Notes: a model not told the origin generated them from the sequence alone. A stretch of 64,000 nt of DNA from Alphaproteobacteria bacterium (GCA_963555825.3 CAUVXB020000002.1:1856001-1920000); one strand, 5' to 3'. Shown: positions 11,711-22,510, counted from the first letter of the stretch. Made by a program: numbers and translations.

Positions 11711-11770
11711 GGGGTCAGACTCCTTTATTAGATCGCTATATCAATAGAATAATGAGGGTCTGACCCCATT
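11711..11770. repeat. REP-like inverted doublet downstream of RAYT
   Basis: GGGGTCAGACTCCTTT (11711-11726), the exact reverse complement of 10887-10902, and GAGGGTCTGACCCC (11754-11767). Confidence 0.8.
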
Positions 11771-11819
11771 AGTTATTGGTTCATGATTTTGATTTGGATC
11801 CGACCAGCGCCAAGCCGCC

Positions 11820-12749
11820 TCAATAGCCCTGGGTCGGGTCGACGGTGTTGATCAGCGGACGGCCGTCTTGCAGGCGGCGGTAGTTCTCGGCGATCTGGTC
11901 GACGCAGCTGCGCGCCAGCGTCACCGACGAGGCATGCGGCGTCACCGTAACGCGTGGATGGTCCCAGAAAGGGCTCTCGTCGGGCAGCGGCTCGGTCTGG
12001 AAGACGTCGAGCGTGGCGCCGGCGATATGGCCGGTCTCGAGCGCCGCGAGCAGGTCGGCCTCGACGACATGGCCGCCGCGCGCGCTGTTGATCAGATAGG
12101 CGCCCGGCTTCATCGCCGAAAACGCCGCCGCGTCGAGCATGCCACGCGTCTCGGCGGTCAGCGGCAACAGACAGCAGACGACGTCGCAGGGGCTGAGGAA
12201 CGCGGCCAGCGCCGCGCGGCCGGCGAAGCCGTCGACGCCGGCGATATCCTTGGCCGTCCGGCTCCAGCCCGAGACCCGAAAGCCGAGCGCGACGAGCTTC
12301 TCGGCGACGTCGCCGCCGAGCGCGCCGAGGCCGAGCACGCCGATGCGCGTCTCGCCCGGATCGTAGGGCTCGAGCGGCTGCCAGCGGCGCTCGATCTGCA
12401 ATGCCGCGTAGCCTGCCATGCGACAGAGATGGCGCAGCACCGCGCCGACCACGTAGGCCGTCATCTGGCGGCGCATCGAGTCGTCGACCAAGCGGCAGAC
12501 CGCGACGCCCTCGGGCAGGTCGCCGTGCAGGAACAGGTGATCGACCCCCTGGCCGAGCGAGTAGACCAGCCGCAGGTTGGGCAGCGAGGCGATCGCGCCC
12601 TCGGGCGCCTTCCAGGCCATCGCCATGTCGATCTCGCCGGCGTCGCCGACGTCGGGCCAGTTGCGCAGCTCGACGCCGGGCAGATGCTCGGCGATCAGCC
12701 CGCACCAGGTCTCGAAGTCCTGGCTCTTGGCGATCAGAACGATGGCCAT
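11820..12749 (-). CDS. ghrA: Glyoxylate/hydroxypyruvate reductase A-like 2-hydroxyacid dehydrogenase
   Basis: GQGVDH, GVLGLGALG, LLPLT.ET, INSARG, LDVF..EPLP and TPH motifs. Confidence 0.85.
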   Translation of the reverse strand: MAIVLIAKSQDFETWCGLIAEHLPGVELRNWPDVGDAGEIDMAMAWKAPEGAIASLPNLRLVYSLGQGVDHLFLHGDLPEGVAVCRLVDDSMRRQMTAYVVGAVLRHLCRMAGYAALQIERRWQPLEPYDPGETRIGVLGLGALGGDVAEKLVALGFRVSGWSRTAKDIAGVDGFAGRAALAAFLSPCDVVCCLLPLTAETRGMLDAAAFSAMKPGAYLINSARGGHVVEADLLAALETGHIAGATLDVFQTEPLPDESPFWDHPRVTVTPHASSVTLARSCVDQIAENYRRLQDGRPLINTVDPTQGY

Positions 12750-12769
12750 CGGATGATCCTCGCCGTTGC

Positions 12770-14392
12770 TTACATGCCGACGACGCCCGACTCGTCGGCC
12801 TCGAGGTCGAGGGCGGCGGCCAGCAGCGCGCGGGTATAGGGGTGCTGGGGATCGGCGAACAACGCCTCGGCCGGGCCCTGCTCGACCATCTTGCCGTCGT
12901 GCAGCACGACGATGTCGTGGCTCATTGCGCGCACGACGCGCAGGTCGTGGCTGATGAACAGATAGGCGAGCCGGTGGCGGCGCTGCAGTTCGCGCAGCAG
13001 ATCGACGATCTGCGCCTGGACCGAGACGTCGAGCGCCGAGGTCGGCTCGTCGAGCACGATGAAGCGGGGTTTGAGGGCGAGCGCGCGGGCGATCGCGACG
13101 CGCTGGCGCTGGCCGCCCGAGAATTCGTGCGGATAGCGGTCGCGCGTCGCCGGATCGAGGCCGACCTCGACCAGCGCCTCGTCGATCAGCGCGCGGCGCG
13201 CGTCCTCGTCGCCGCCCAGGCCGTGGACGACCAGGCCTTCCTCGATGATCTGGCCGATCGAGAGCCGCGGGCTCAGCGATGCGAACGGGTCCTGGAAGAC
13301 GATCTGCATCTCGCGGCGCAACGGCCGCATCGCCTTGAAGCTGAGCCCCTGGATGTCGCGTCCGGCGAATGTGATCGACCCCGCGCTGCGCTCGAGACGC
13401 AGCAGCGCCAAGCCGAGCGTCGTCTTGCCCGAGCCCGATTCGCCGACCACGCCGACGGTGTGGCCCTCGCGCACATCGATCGTGACGCCGTCGACCGCGC
13501 GCACGTGATCGACCGTGCGCCGCAGCACGCCGGCCTTGACCGGGAAGTGGACCTTGAGATCAGTGCAGGCGATGACCGGCGCGGCGTCGGCCGGCGCCGG
13601 TTCGGGCGCGCCCTTGGGCTCGGTCGCCAGCAGGTGGCGGGTGTAGGCGTGCTGGGGGTTCTCGAAGACCGTCTCGACGGCGCCCTGCTCGACGATCTCG
13701 CCGGCCTGCATGACGTAGACCCGTTCGGCCATCTTGCGCACGATCGTCAGGTCGTGGGTGATTAGCAGCAGCCCCATCCGCGTCTCGCGCTGGAGGTCCT
13801 TGAGGAGCTTGAGGATCTGCGCTTGGATCGTGACGTCGACCGCGGTGGTCGGCTCGTCGGCGATCAGAACGGCGGGTTCGTTGGCCAGCGCCATGGCGAT
13901 CATGACGCGCTGGCGCTGGCCGCCCGAGAGCTGATGCGGGTAGCTCGCGAGAATGCGCTGGGTGTCGCGCAGGCCGACCATGTTTATCAGCTCGATGGTG
14001 CGCGCGCGCGCTGCGCGGGGCGTCAGGCCCTGGTGCAGCAGCAGCGTCTCGTTGATCTGCTTCTCGACCTTGTGCAGCGGGTTGAGCGAGGTCATCGGCT
14101 CCTGGAAGACCATCGAGACGCCGCCGCCGCGCACGTCGCGCAGCACGCCCGCGGGCGCGCCGATCATGTCGCGCCCGTCGACCGTGATCCGGCCGCTCGG
14201 GTGGCTCGCCAGCGGATAGGGCAGGAGCTGCAGCACCGAGAGCGCGGTGACCGACTTGCCCGAGCCCGATTCGCCGACCAGCGCGACCGTCTCGCCGCGA
14301 TCGACGTCGAGGTCTATACCGCGCACCGCCAGGACTTCCTTGCCGGCGGCGGTGAAGATGACGCGGAGGTCGCGGATCTCGAGATAGCTCAT
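12770..14392 (-). CDS. yejF: Peptide ABC transporter ATP-binding protein (double ATPase)
   Basis: Two GESGSGK Walker A motifs and two SGGQRQR signatures; operon context. Confidence 0.88.
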   Translation of the reverse strand: MSYLEIRDLRVIFTAAGKEVLAVRGIDLDVDRGETVALVGESGSGKSVTALSVLQLLPYPLASHPSGRITVDGRDMIGAPAGVLRDVRGGGVSMVFQEPMTSLNPLHKVEKQINETLLLHQGLTPRAARARTIELINMVGLRDTQRILASYPHQLSGGQRQRVMIAMALANEPAVLIADEPTTAVDVTIQAQILKLLKDLQRETRMGLLLITHDLTIVRKMAERVYVMQAGEIVEQGAVETVFENPQHAYTRHLLATEPKGAPEPAPADAAPVIACTDLKVHFPVKAGVLRRTVDHVRAVDGVTIDVREGHTVGVVGESGSGKTTLGLALLRLERSAGSITFAGRDIQGLSFKAMRPLRREMQIVFQDPFASLSPRLSIGQIIEEGLVVHGLGGDEDARRALIDEALVEVGLDPATRDRYPHEFSGGQRQRVAIARALALKPRFIVLDEPTSALDVSVQAQIVDLLRELQRRHRLAYLFISHDLRVVRAMSHDIVVLHDGKMVEQGPAEALFADPQHPYTRALLAAALDLEADESGVVGM

Positions 14393-14402
14393 CGCCCGGC
14401 CC

Positions 14403-15452
14403 TCAGCCGACCGTCTTGCGTGGGTCGAAGGCATCGCGCACCGCCTCGCCGATGAAGATCAACAGGCTCAGCATGATCGCCAGCACGAAGAAGGCGGCGA
14501 GCCCGAGCCACGGCGCCTGGATGTTGGCCTTGCCCTGCTGCAACAACTCGCCGAGCGAAGGCGAGCCCGGCGGCAGGCCGAAGCCGAGAAAGTCGAGCGC
14601 CGTGAGCAACACCACCGAGCCGGAGAGGATGAAGGGCAGAAATGTCAGGGTCGCCACCATGGCGTTAGGCAGCATATGGCGGAACATGATCGCCGTGTTG
14701 CTGACCCCGAGAGCGCGGGCGGCGCGCACGTAGTCGAGGTTGCGGGCGCGCAGGAATTCGGCGCGCACCACGCCGACCAGGCCCATCCAGCTGAACATCA
14801 GCATGAGGCCGAGCAGCCACCAGAAATTGGGCTCGACGACCGAGGCCATGATGATCAGCAAATAGAGCATGGGCAGCCCCGACCAGATCTCGATGAAGCG
14901 CTGGAACAACAGGTCGAGCCAGCCGCCGAAGAAGCCCTGCACCGCGCCGGCGGAGACGCCGACGATCGAGCTGAACAGGGTCAGCACCAGACCGAACAGC
15001 ACCGAAATGCGGAAGCCGTAGATCAGCCGCGCGACGACGTCGCGGCCCTGGTCGTCGGTGCCCAGCCAATTCTCGGCGCTGGGCGGCGAGGGCGCCGGGG
15101 TGGGCAGGTCGAAGTTGATGGTTGAGGCGCCATAGCGGATCGGTGGCCAGATCATCCAGCCCTTGGCTTCGATCAGCTCGATGACGAACGGGTCGCGGTA
15201 GTCGGCTTCGGTGGCAAAGTCGCCGCCGAACATGGTCTCGGGATAGACCGCGAGGACGGGGGCGTAGAAGGCGCCGTCGAAGCGCACCAGCAACGGCCGG
15301 TCGTTGGCGATCAGTTCGGCGAACAGGCTGGTGAAGAACAGCGCCAAGAATATCCAGAGCGACCAATAGCCCCGCTTGTTGGCGCGGAAGTTGTAGAGCC
15401 TGCGCCGGGTCAACGGGGTCATGCGAAAACCGAATGCCGCGCCGTCCGCCAT
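14403..15452 (-). CDS. yejE: Peptide ABC transporter permease
   Basis: LGTDDQGRDV, RAEFLRAR and AVRDAFDPRK motifs. Confidence 0.9.
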   Translation of the reverse strand: MADGAAFGFRMTPLTRRRLYNFRANKRGYWSLWIFLALFFTSLFAELIANDRPLLVRFDGAFYAPVLAVYPETMFGGDFATEADYRDPFVIELIEAKGWMIWPPIRYGASTINFDLPTPAPSPPSAENWLGTDDQGRDVVARLIYGFRISVLFGLVLTLFSSIVGVSAGAVQGFFGGWLDLLFQRFIEIWSGLPMLYLLIIMASVVEPNFWWLLGLMLMFSWMGLVGVVRAEFLRARNLDYVRAARALGVSNTAIMFRHMLPNAMVATLTFLPFILSGSVVLLTALDFLGFGLPPGSPSLGELLQQGKANIQAPWLGLAAFFVLAIMLSLLIFIGEAVRDAFDPRKTVG

Positions 15453-15455
15453 TGC

Positions 15456-16568
15456 TCAGACCTCCCGCGCCTCGAAGTCGATACGCGGATCGACCACCGT
15501 GTACACGAGATCGCCGATCAGCTGCATGACCAGACCCAGCACCGTGAAGAAGAACAATGTGCCGAACATGATCGGGTAGTCGCGGTTGATCGCCGCCTCG
15601 AAGCCGAGCAGGCCGAGGCCGTCGAGCGAGAAGATGACCTCGATCAACAGCGAGCCGGTGAACAGGATACCGATGAAGGCGCTGGGGAAGCCGGCGATGA
15701 CGATAAGCATGGCGTTGCGGAAGACATGGCCGTACAGCACCCGGTGTTCGGCCAGGCCCTTGGCGCGCGCGGTGACCACGTATTGCTTGTTGATCTCGTC
15801 GAGAAACGAGTTCTTGGTCAGCATGGTCAGAGTCGCGAAGCCGCCGATGACCAGGGCCAGGATCGGCAGGGCGATGTGCCAGAAATAGTCGGCGATGCGC
15901 GCCGGCCAGCTCATGGCGTCCCAATCGGGCGAGGTCAGCCCGCGCAGCGGGAACCAGTCGAGGTAGCTGCCCCCGGCGAACACCACGATCAGCAAAATGG
16001 CGAACAGGAAACTCGGGATGGCGTTGCCGACGATGATGACGCCCGACGTCCAGATGTCGAAGCGCGAGCCGTCGCGTACCGCCTTGGCGACGCCCAGCGG
16101 GATCGAGATCAGGTAAACCAGCAGCGTCGTCCACAGGCCGATGGAAATCGACACCGGCATCTTCTCGATGACCAGATCGACGACCTTGCGGTCGCGGAAA
16201 TAACTGGTGCCGAAGTCGAACCGCAGATAGTTGCCGATCATCAGGAAGAACCGCTCGTGCAGCGGCTTGTCGAAGCCGAACTGACGCTCGATCTCGGCGA
16301 TGAACTCGGGGTCGAGCCCCTGGGCGCCGCGGTACTTGCCGACGGTGCCGCCTTCGGCCACCCCCTTGGTCGCCGGGGCGGCGCCGGAATCGTCCTGCGC
16401 GCCCGAGCCGAACCGCGCCGTGGCCTCGACGCCGGTACCCTGGATCTGGGCGATCAATTGTTCGACCGGCCCGCCAGGGGCGAGCTGCACGATGGCGAAA
16501 TTGACCACCATGATGCCGAACAGGGTCGGGATGATCAGCAGCAACCGCCGGATGATATATGCCAGCAT
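15456..16568 (-). CDS. yejB: Peptide ABC transporter permease
   Basis: [32 protein letters not shown] and VDPRIDFE motifs. Confidence 0.9.
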   Translation of the reverse strand: MLAYIIRRLLLIIPTLFGIMVVNFAIVQLAPGGPVEQLIAQIQGTGVEATARFGSGAQDDSGAAPATKGVAEGGTVGKYRGAQGLDPEFIAEIERQFGFDKPLHERFFLMIGNYLRFDFGTSYFRDRKVVDLVIEKMPVSISIGLWTTLLVYLISIPLGVAKAVRDGSRFDIWTSGVIIVGNAIPSFLFAILLIVVFAGGSYLDWFPLRGLTSPDWDAMSWPARIADYFWHIALPILALVIGGFATLTMLTKNSFLDEINKQYVVTARAKGLAEHRVLYGHVFRNAMLIVIAGFPSAFIGILFTGSLLIEVIFSLDGLGLLGFEAAINRDYPIMFGTLFFFTVLGLVMQLIGDLVYTVVDPRIDFEAREV

Positions 16569-16605
16569 TGCCGCTATCCAGACGAGTGGGTTCTATCCAC
16601 TAGAG

Positions 16606-18453
16606 TCATTGCGCCGCGGCCGAGGTCTCGCGATCGGCGAGGGCCGCCGCCAGGGCCGGGTCGATCCACCAGCTGTCGAAACCGAGACTGTATTTCGGTG
16701 TGATCGCGGGTCGGGCGAACTTGTTCCAGTAGGCCACGCGGAAGTACCGGATGTGCCAGTGGGGAACGACGTAGTGGCCCCACAGCAGCACCCGGTCGAG
16801 CGCCCGGGCGGCGGCGATCAGGCTGTCGCGGTCGGCGGCGGCGATGAGCGTTTCGACCAGGGCGTCGACCACCGGGTCCTTGATGCCGGCGAGGTTGCGG
16901 CTGCCTGGTGTGTCGGCGGCGGTCGTCGTCCAATAGTTGTTCTGCTCGTTGCCCGGCGACAGGGACTGGCCAACGCTGAGGACGATGACGTCGAAGTCGA
17001 ACTGGTCGAGCCGTTGCTGGTACTGCGATGAGTCGACCAGCCTGATCTTGGTGGTGACGCCGAGCTTCTCGAGGTTCTTGACGAAGGGCGCGATGACCCG
17101 TTCGAACAGCGGCGAGACGATCAGGAACTCGATCTCGAGGGGCTCGCCGCCGGAGCCAACAAGTCTCGTGTCCTCGACCGTCCAGCCGGCCTCGCCCAGC
17201 AGCTTGAACGCGGTACGCAGGTTGCGCCGCGCGCTGCCCGATCCGTCGGTCTCCGGCGGCGCGAAAACCTCGCTGAAGACCTCGGGCGGCAACTGGTCGC
17301 GAAAGGGCTCGAGCAGCGCCAGCTCGGCGCCTTCCGGCAGGCCCGACGACGCCAGCTCCGAGTTCGAGAAGTAGCTCGTCGTCCTGGTATAGGCGCCGTT
17401 GAACAGGTTCTTGTTTGTCCATTCGAAGTCGAACGCGTAACCCAGCGCCTGGCGCAGGCGGCGGTCGGCGAACTTGGCCCGCCGCGTGTTGAAGACGAAG
17501 CCCTGCATGCCCGTCGGCATGCTGTGGCCGATCTCCTCTTTGACGACCAGCCCGTCGTCGAAGGCCGGCCCTTGGTAGGCGGTGGCCCACACCTTCGAGG
17601 CATTCTCTCTGCGGAAGTCGTACTCGTGGGCCTTGAACGCCTCCATGGCAACGGTCGGGTCGCGGTAATAGTCGTAGCGCAGGATGTCGAAATTGTCCTG
17701 GCCGCGCCGCGCGGGAATGTCGGCGCCCCAGTAGTCCGCGACGCGGGCGTAGGTGATCGAACGGCCTGGATCGACGCTCTCGATCCGGTAGGGGCCGCTG
17801 CCAAGCGGCGGTTCCAGGGACGTCTTCTCGAAGTCGTTGGCGGTGTAATAGGCCTTCGAGATGATCGGCAGCTCACCGATAATCAGCGGCAGTTCGCGAT
17901 TAACGCCGTCGGCAAAAGTGAACTTGACCTTGCGCTCGCCGACCTTCTCGGCCGCCACCACGTCGCCGTAATAGGCGCGGTAGAACGGGTGGCCCTTGGT
18001 CTTGATCGTCTCCAAGGAGAAAATGACGTCCTCGACGGTGACCGGCGCGCCGTCGTGCCAGCGCGCCTCCGGGCGCAGGATGAAGGCCACCCACGAGCGG
18101 TCTTCGGGAATTTCCACGGTCTCGGCGAGCAGGCCGTACTGGGAAAACGCCTCGTCTTGCGAACCGGTCATCAGGGTCTCGAACAGCCGGCCGATGCCGA
18201 CCGCCGGCTGGCCCTTGAGGATGAAGGGATTGAGGCTGTCGAAGCTGCCGTTGGCCTGCAGCCGGACCTCGCCACCCTTGGGAGCATCCGGATTGACGTA
18301 GTCGAAATGCGTGAAACCGGGGCCGTATTTGAGGTCGCCGTGCATCGCCACGCCGTGGCCCACGTACACTTCCTGCGCGGCGCCGGGCGGAGCGGCGGCG
18401 AGCAGCAGGAGGGCGGCGGCGAGGGCGCTGGCAAGACGCATGGTCGGTCTCAT
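16606..18453 (-). CDS. yejA: Peptide ABC transporter substrate-binding protein
   Basis: Signal peptide; HFDYVNPDAPKGG, PPLGSGPY and SPGNEQ motifs. Confidence 0.9.
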   Translation of the reverse strand: MRPTMRLASALAAALLLLAAAPPGAAQEVYVGHGVAMHGDLKYGPGFTHFDYVNPDAPKGGEVRLQANGSFDSLNPFILKGQPAVGIGRLFETLMTGSQDEAFSQYGLLAETVEIPEDRSWVAFILRPEARWHDGAPVTVEDVIFSLETIKTKGHPFYRAYYGDVVAAEKVGERKVKFTFADGVNRELPLIIGELPIISKAYYTANDFEKTSLEPPLGSGPYRIESVDPGRSITYARVADYWGADIPARRGQDNFDILRYDYYRDPTVAMEAFKAHEYDFRRENASKVWATAYQGPAFDDGLVVKEEIGHSMPTGMQGFVFNTRRAKFADRRLRQALGYAFDFEWTNKNLFNGAYTRTTSYFSNSELASSGLPEGAELALLEPFRDQLPPEVFSEVFAPPETDGSGSARRNLRTAFKLLGEAGWTVEDTRLVGSGGEPLEIEFLIVSPLFERVIAPFVKNLEKLGVTTKIRLVDSSQYQQRLDQFDFDVIVLSVGQSLSPGNEQNNYWTTTAADTPGSRNLAGIKDPVVDALVETLIAAADRDSLIAAARALDRVLLWGHYVVPHWHIRYFRVAYWNKFARPAITPKYSLGFDSWWIDPALAAALADRETSAAAQ

Positions 18454-18539
18454 GGGCGGTGGTCCCGGATCATGTGGTTCTGCTTCGAATCTAGTTGCTC
18501 GTTGGTATTACGACAACCACCCCGGTCGCGGTCGCCGCG

Positions 18540-19319
18540 TCACCCCTCGAGCAGTGCCAGCGCGGCGGCATGCGCCGCCGGGTCGCCGGCGGCCAGCATG
18601 CGCGGGCCCGAGGTGAGGGTCAGCGGCCGGCCTTCCCAGTCGGTCATGACGCCGCCGGCGCCCTCGATCACGGGCAAAATCGGGCAAAAGTCGTGTGGGT
18701 GGACGCTGGTCTCGATTCCGAGGTCGATGAAGCCGTTGGCGACCAAGCCGAAGCCGTATGAATCGACACCGTACTGTGTCCAGTTGACGGCGTCGCGCAA
18801 GCGCTCGAACGCGGCCTTGTCGGCGCCCTCGTAATAGGCCGGGTTCGACGTGCAGATCAGCGCGTCAGCGAGCCGGGCACAGGGCCGCGTACGCACCGGG
18901 GCGCCGTTGAACGTCGTCGGCCGGCCGGCGGCGCCGAGCCAGCGGTCGCCGGAAATCGGCTGATCGATGACGCCGAGCACCGGCACGCCGCCCCGGGTCA
19001 GCGCGATCAGCGTGGTGAACAGCGGGATGCCGCCGATGAACAGCTGGGTGCCGTCGATCGGGTCGATCACCCAGACGTGCTCTGCGTCCTCGTTGACGTT
19101 GTCGAGCTCCTCGCCGACCACGCCGTGGCTTGGATACGCGTCGGCGATCATCTCGCGCAACCGCGTCTCGACGGCCCGGTCGGCCTCGGTGACCGGGCTC
19201 GTGTCGCCCTTGTAGGCGACGTCGATGGGCCGTTGGAAGTAGGGCGCGACGACCGCGCGGGCGGCGTCGGCGAGCCGCTCGGCGAAGGCGATCAACGCGC
19301 TGTCCGGGCTGTCGTTCAT
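18540..19319 (-). CDS. hisN: Histidinol-phosphatase, inositol monophosphatase family
   Basis: SPVTEADR, WVIDPIDGT, PLFTTLIAL and GVMTDWEG motifs. Confidence 0.8.
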   Translation of the reverse strand: MNDSPDSALIAFAERLADAARAVVAPYFQRPIDVAYKGDTSPVTEADRAVETRLREMIADAYPSHGVVGEELDNVNEDAEHVWVIDPIDGTQLFIGGIPLFTTLIALTRGGVPVLGVIDQPISGDRWLGAAGRPTTFNGAPVRTRPCARLADALICTSNPAYYEGADKAAFERLRDAVNWTQYGVDSYGFGLVANGFIDLGIETSVHPHDFCPILPVIEGAGGVMTDWEGRPLTLTSGPRMLAAGDPAAHAAALALLEG

Positions 19320-19467
19320 GGCGCGCGAGTGTGCCTGCTCGCGCACCGGAAGGAAAGCGCCCAGGACGCGCCGCGAAATTCTTGTTGCGCGCGCCGTCGC
19401 GCGCGGGAAATATGCCCGCCACGCCGCGCCGGACGCGGTCATGCGGATGGCTATGAGGAGAAATGGC

Positions 19468-20232
19468 GTGGCACAGAGTGTCAAGGCGATCACCTTCGAT
19501 CTGTGGGATACCATGATCGCCGACGAGACCGACGAACCGAAGCGCGTCGCCCAGGGCCTCGACACCAAGACCATGACGCGGCGCGTACTGGTCCACGAGG
19601 CGTTGAACGCGCATGGCGACGCGTTCGCCTTCGACACCGTGGTGTCCGCCTATGACGTGGTCGACGCCGCCTTCACCAAGGTCTGGAAGCAGCACCACAC
19701 CACCTGGACCGTGCGCGAACGGCTCGGCGTGTTGTTCACCGGCCTCGGCCGCCACCTGCCCGACGACGCCTTCGACGCACTCGTCACCGCGCATGAACGC
19801 ATGGAGATCGAGGTGCCGCCCGACACCGTGCCCGGCATCGCCGAGGCGCTTGCGGCGCTCGACGGGCGCTACAAGATGTGCGTCGTCTCGGACACCATCG
19901 TCTCGCCCGGCGGCGTACTGCGCGAGCTGCTGGCGCATCACGGCATCGAGCGTTATTTCGACGCCTTCGTGTTCTCCGACGAGGTCGGCCGCGCGAAACC
20001 CGACCCGGCCATGTTCCACGCCGCCGCCGAGCGGCTCGGCGTCGAGTTCGGCGAGATGCTGCACATCGGCGACCGCGACCACAACGACGTCAAGGGCCCA
20101 CATGCGCTCGGCATGAAGGCGATCCTGTTCACCGCCCAGCGCGCGGTCGACGCGGCGACGACCAGCGCCGATGCGATCTGTCACGACCACACCGAGTTGC
20201 CGGCCATCATCGATGCGCTGGCGGCCGGCTGA
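19468..20232 (+). CDS. HAD-family hydrolase
   Basis: FDLWDT motif I, KPDP, HIGD...ND. Confidence 0.88.
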   Translation: MAQSVKAITFDLWDTMIADETDEPKRVAQGLDTKTMTRRVLVHEALNAHGDAFAFDTVVSAYDVVDAAFTKVWKQHHTTWTVRERLGVLFTGLGRHLPDDAFDALVTAHERMEIEVPPDTVPGIAEALAALDGRYKMCVVSDTIVSPGGVLRELLAHHGIERYFDAFVFSDEVGRAKPDPAMFHAAAERLGVEFGEMLHIGDRDHNDVKGPHALGMKAILFTAQRAVDAATTSADAICHDHTELPAIIDALAAG

Positions 20233-20244
20233 AGGAGACCCGAC

Positions 20245-21102
20245 ATGAGCCGAGAGCCCCGATTCCTCGTCGTCGACGGCTATGCCAAGGCGGGCCGCGA
20301 GGAGCTCGCCGCCGGCGGCGCGTCGATGGCCGGCGAGCTCTACACCCAGATGCTGCGCCGCTTCGTGCCCAAGGCCGAGGTCGACACCGTCTTCCCGTCG
20401 GACGCCGACGCCACGCTGCCGTCGGGCGCCGCGCTCGACCAGTACGACGGCATCGGCTGGACCGGCTGCAGCCTGACTGTGTTCGACGACGACGAACGCG
20501 TCAAACGCCAGATTGAATTCTGCCGCGCCGCCTTCGACGCCGGCGTGCCGAGCTTCGGCAGCTGCTGGGCGTTGCAGATCGCGGTGGTCGCCGCCGGCGG
20601 CGAATGCCGGGCCAACCCGCGCGGCCGCGAAATGGGCATCGCGCGCAAGGTCGCCCTGACGCCCGAGGGCCGCGCCCATCCGATGTACGCCGGCAAGCCG
20701 ACCGTGTTCGACGCCTTCATCAGCCACGTCGACGAGGTGACGCATCTGCCGTCGGGCGCGGTGCTGCTCGCCTCGAACCAGTTCACCCATATTCAGGCGG
20801 CCTGCGTCACCTTGGGCACCGGCATCTTCTGGGGGCTGCAGTACCACCCGGAATACGACCTGCACGAGATGGCGCGGCTGATCTACTGCCGGCGCACCAA
20901 GCTGACCGATTTCGGCTTCTTTCGCGACGAGGACCAGGCGCTCGCCTATGTCGACCAGCTCGAGGTGCTGCACCAGGACCCGTCGCGCTACGACATCGCC
21001 TGGGCGCTCGGCCTCGACGACGATGTGATGCGGCCCGAAATCCGCCAATGTGAGGTCGGCAACTGGATTTCCCAGCAGGTGCTGCCTGCGTTGAGCCGTT
21101 AG
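20245..21102 (+). CDS. Type 1 glutamine amidotransferase-like protein
   Basis: FGSCWALQ nucleophile elbow and QYHPE motif. Confidence 0.85.
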   Translation: MSREPRFLVVDGYAKAGREELAAGGASMAGELYTQMLRRFVPKAEVDTVFPSDADATLPSGAALDQYDGIGWTGCSLTVFDDDERVKRQIEFCRAAFDAGVPSFGSCWALQIAVVAAGGECRANPRGREMGIARKVALTPEGRAHPMYAGKPTVFDAFISHVDEVTHLPSGAVLLASNQFTHIQAACVTLGTGIFWGLQYHPEYDLHEMARLIYCRRTKLTDFGFFRDEDQALAYVDQLEVLHQDPSRYDIAWALGLDDDVMRPEIRQCEVGNWISQQVLPALSR

Positions 21103-21104
21103 CG

Positions 21105-22325
21105 ATGATTGTCCGGATCGTCGCGCTCTCACTTGCGTTTGCTCTGAGCGGCGCCGCGTTGGCCGCGCCGCCGGTCGTCGGCGAGCGCTTCGAGGTACGG
21201 GTCGAGGACCTGCCGGCGCCCTATGCCTCGGAGAGCGCCAGCAACCCGCCGCGGCGCGTCAACCGGCCGACCGGCGCGACGCTCCGGGTGCCGCCCGGCT
21301 TCCGCGCCAACATCTTCGCCGCCGGGCTCGATCACGCGCGCTGGATGACCGTGGCGGCCAACGGCGACGTCTTCCTCGCCGAGCCGGGCGCGGGCCGCAT
21401 CACGCTGCTGCGCGACGCCGATGGCGGCGGCGAGGCCGAGTTGATCGTGACCTTCGCGCGCGGCCTCGAGCGGCCGCACGGGCTGGCGATCGCCGGCGAC
21501 TACCTCTACGTCGCCGACGCGCGCCGCGTCTGGCGCTACCGCTACACGCCGGGCCAGACGCGCGCCATCGGCGGGCCGCTGCCGGTCACCGAGCGCGGCG
21601 CGTTCGGCCCCGGCGGCGGTCACTGGACGCGCAATCTCGCGTTCAACCGCGACGAGAGCCGTTTCTACGTCGCCATCGGCTCGGCCAGCAACATCCGCGT
21701 CGAGGACGAACCGCGCGCCACCGTCCAGGTCTTCGACATCGACGGGTCGAACCAGCGGACCTACGCGGCGGGCCTGCGCAACCCGGTCGGCATCGCGCTC
21801 CGGCCCGGCACCGACGACGTCTACGTCGCGGTCAACGAGCGCGACGGCATGGGCGACGGCCTGGTGCCCGATTATCTGACACGCCTCCAGGACGGCGCGT
21901 TCTACGGTTGGCCCTACGCCTATCTGGGCGCCAATCCGCAGCCGGGCCTGGGTGCGAAGCGGCCCGATCTGGTCGCCGCGACCGTCGTGCCCGACCTGTT
22001 GTTCGAAGCGCACTCGGCGCCGCTCGGCCTGGTATTCTACGACGGCGCGCAGTTCCCCGCCGAATACCGCGGCGACGCCTTCGTCGCGCTGCACGGCTCG
22101 TGGAATTCGGCCGAGCCGCGCGGCTACATGATCGCCCGCGTGCCGTTCGAGAACGGCCGTCCGGCGGCCCATTACGAGGCCTTCGTCACCGGCTTCTGGA
22201 TCGAGGGCGAGGACCGCGCGCGGGTCTTCGGCCGGCCCGCCGGGCTCGCCATCGCGGCCGACGGCAGCTTGCTTGTCGCGGACGACGTCGGCCAGGTCAT
22301 CTGGCGCGTCAGCTACCTGCCCTGA
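21105..22325 (+). CDS. PQQ-dependent glucose/sorbosone dehydrogenase family protein
   Basis: Signal peptide; HWTR, GLRNPVG, VNERD, FYGWPY, HSAPLG and HGSWN motifs. Confidence 0.88.
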   Translation: MIVRIVALSLAFALSGAALAAPPVVGERFEVRVEDLPAPYASESASNPPRRVNRPTGATLRVPPGFRANIFAAGLDHARWMTVAANGDVFLAEPGAGRITLLRDADGGGEAELIVTFARGLERPHGLAIAGDYLYVADARRVWRYRYTPGQTRAIGGPLPVTERGAFGPGGGHWTRNLAFNRDESRFYVAIGSASNIRVEDEPRATVQVFDIDGSNQRTYAAGLRNPVGIALRPGTDDVYVAVNERDGMGDGLVPDYLTRLQDGAFYGWPYAYLGANPQPGLGAKRPDLVAATVVPDLLFEAHSAPLGLVFYDGAQFPAEYRGDAFVALHGSWNSAEPRGYMIARVPFENGRPAAHYEAFVTGFWIEGEDRARVFGRPAGLAIAADGSLLVADDVGQVIWRVSYLP

Positions 22326-22326
22326 G

Positions 22327-22460
22327 ATGATTGGGTTTTTTGTGCGGTCGACTTTACGCGTTGCGTAAAGTCCACCTGCGCTCAATCGCCGCGCATGCTT
22401 CCGCCGAACGGTCGGCGGCCCGCCCCTTCTTGTCCCAATTAGATTGGCGCGGGCTGGTAG
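22327..22460 (+). repeat. Modular palindromic intergenic repeat, copy 3
   Basis: TGTGCGGTCGACTTTACGCG..CGTAAAGTCCACCTGCGCTCAATCGCCGCGCATGC...CCGAACGGTCGGCGGCCC. Confidence 0.8.
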
Positions 22461-22510
22461 ATTCCGGCCGCCGTCTGGACGGCGCATTGTCGCCCCGCCA
22501 TACTGGCGCC

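Noticed and set aside
10806-11770. CRISPR array
   Set aside because: Repeats are short, alternate in orientation, are irregularly spaced and have no cas genes nearby; REP-like instead
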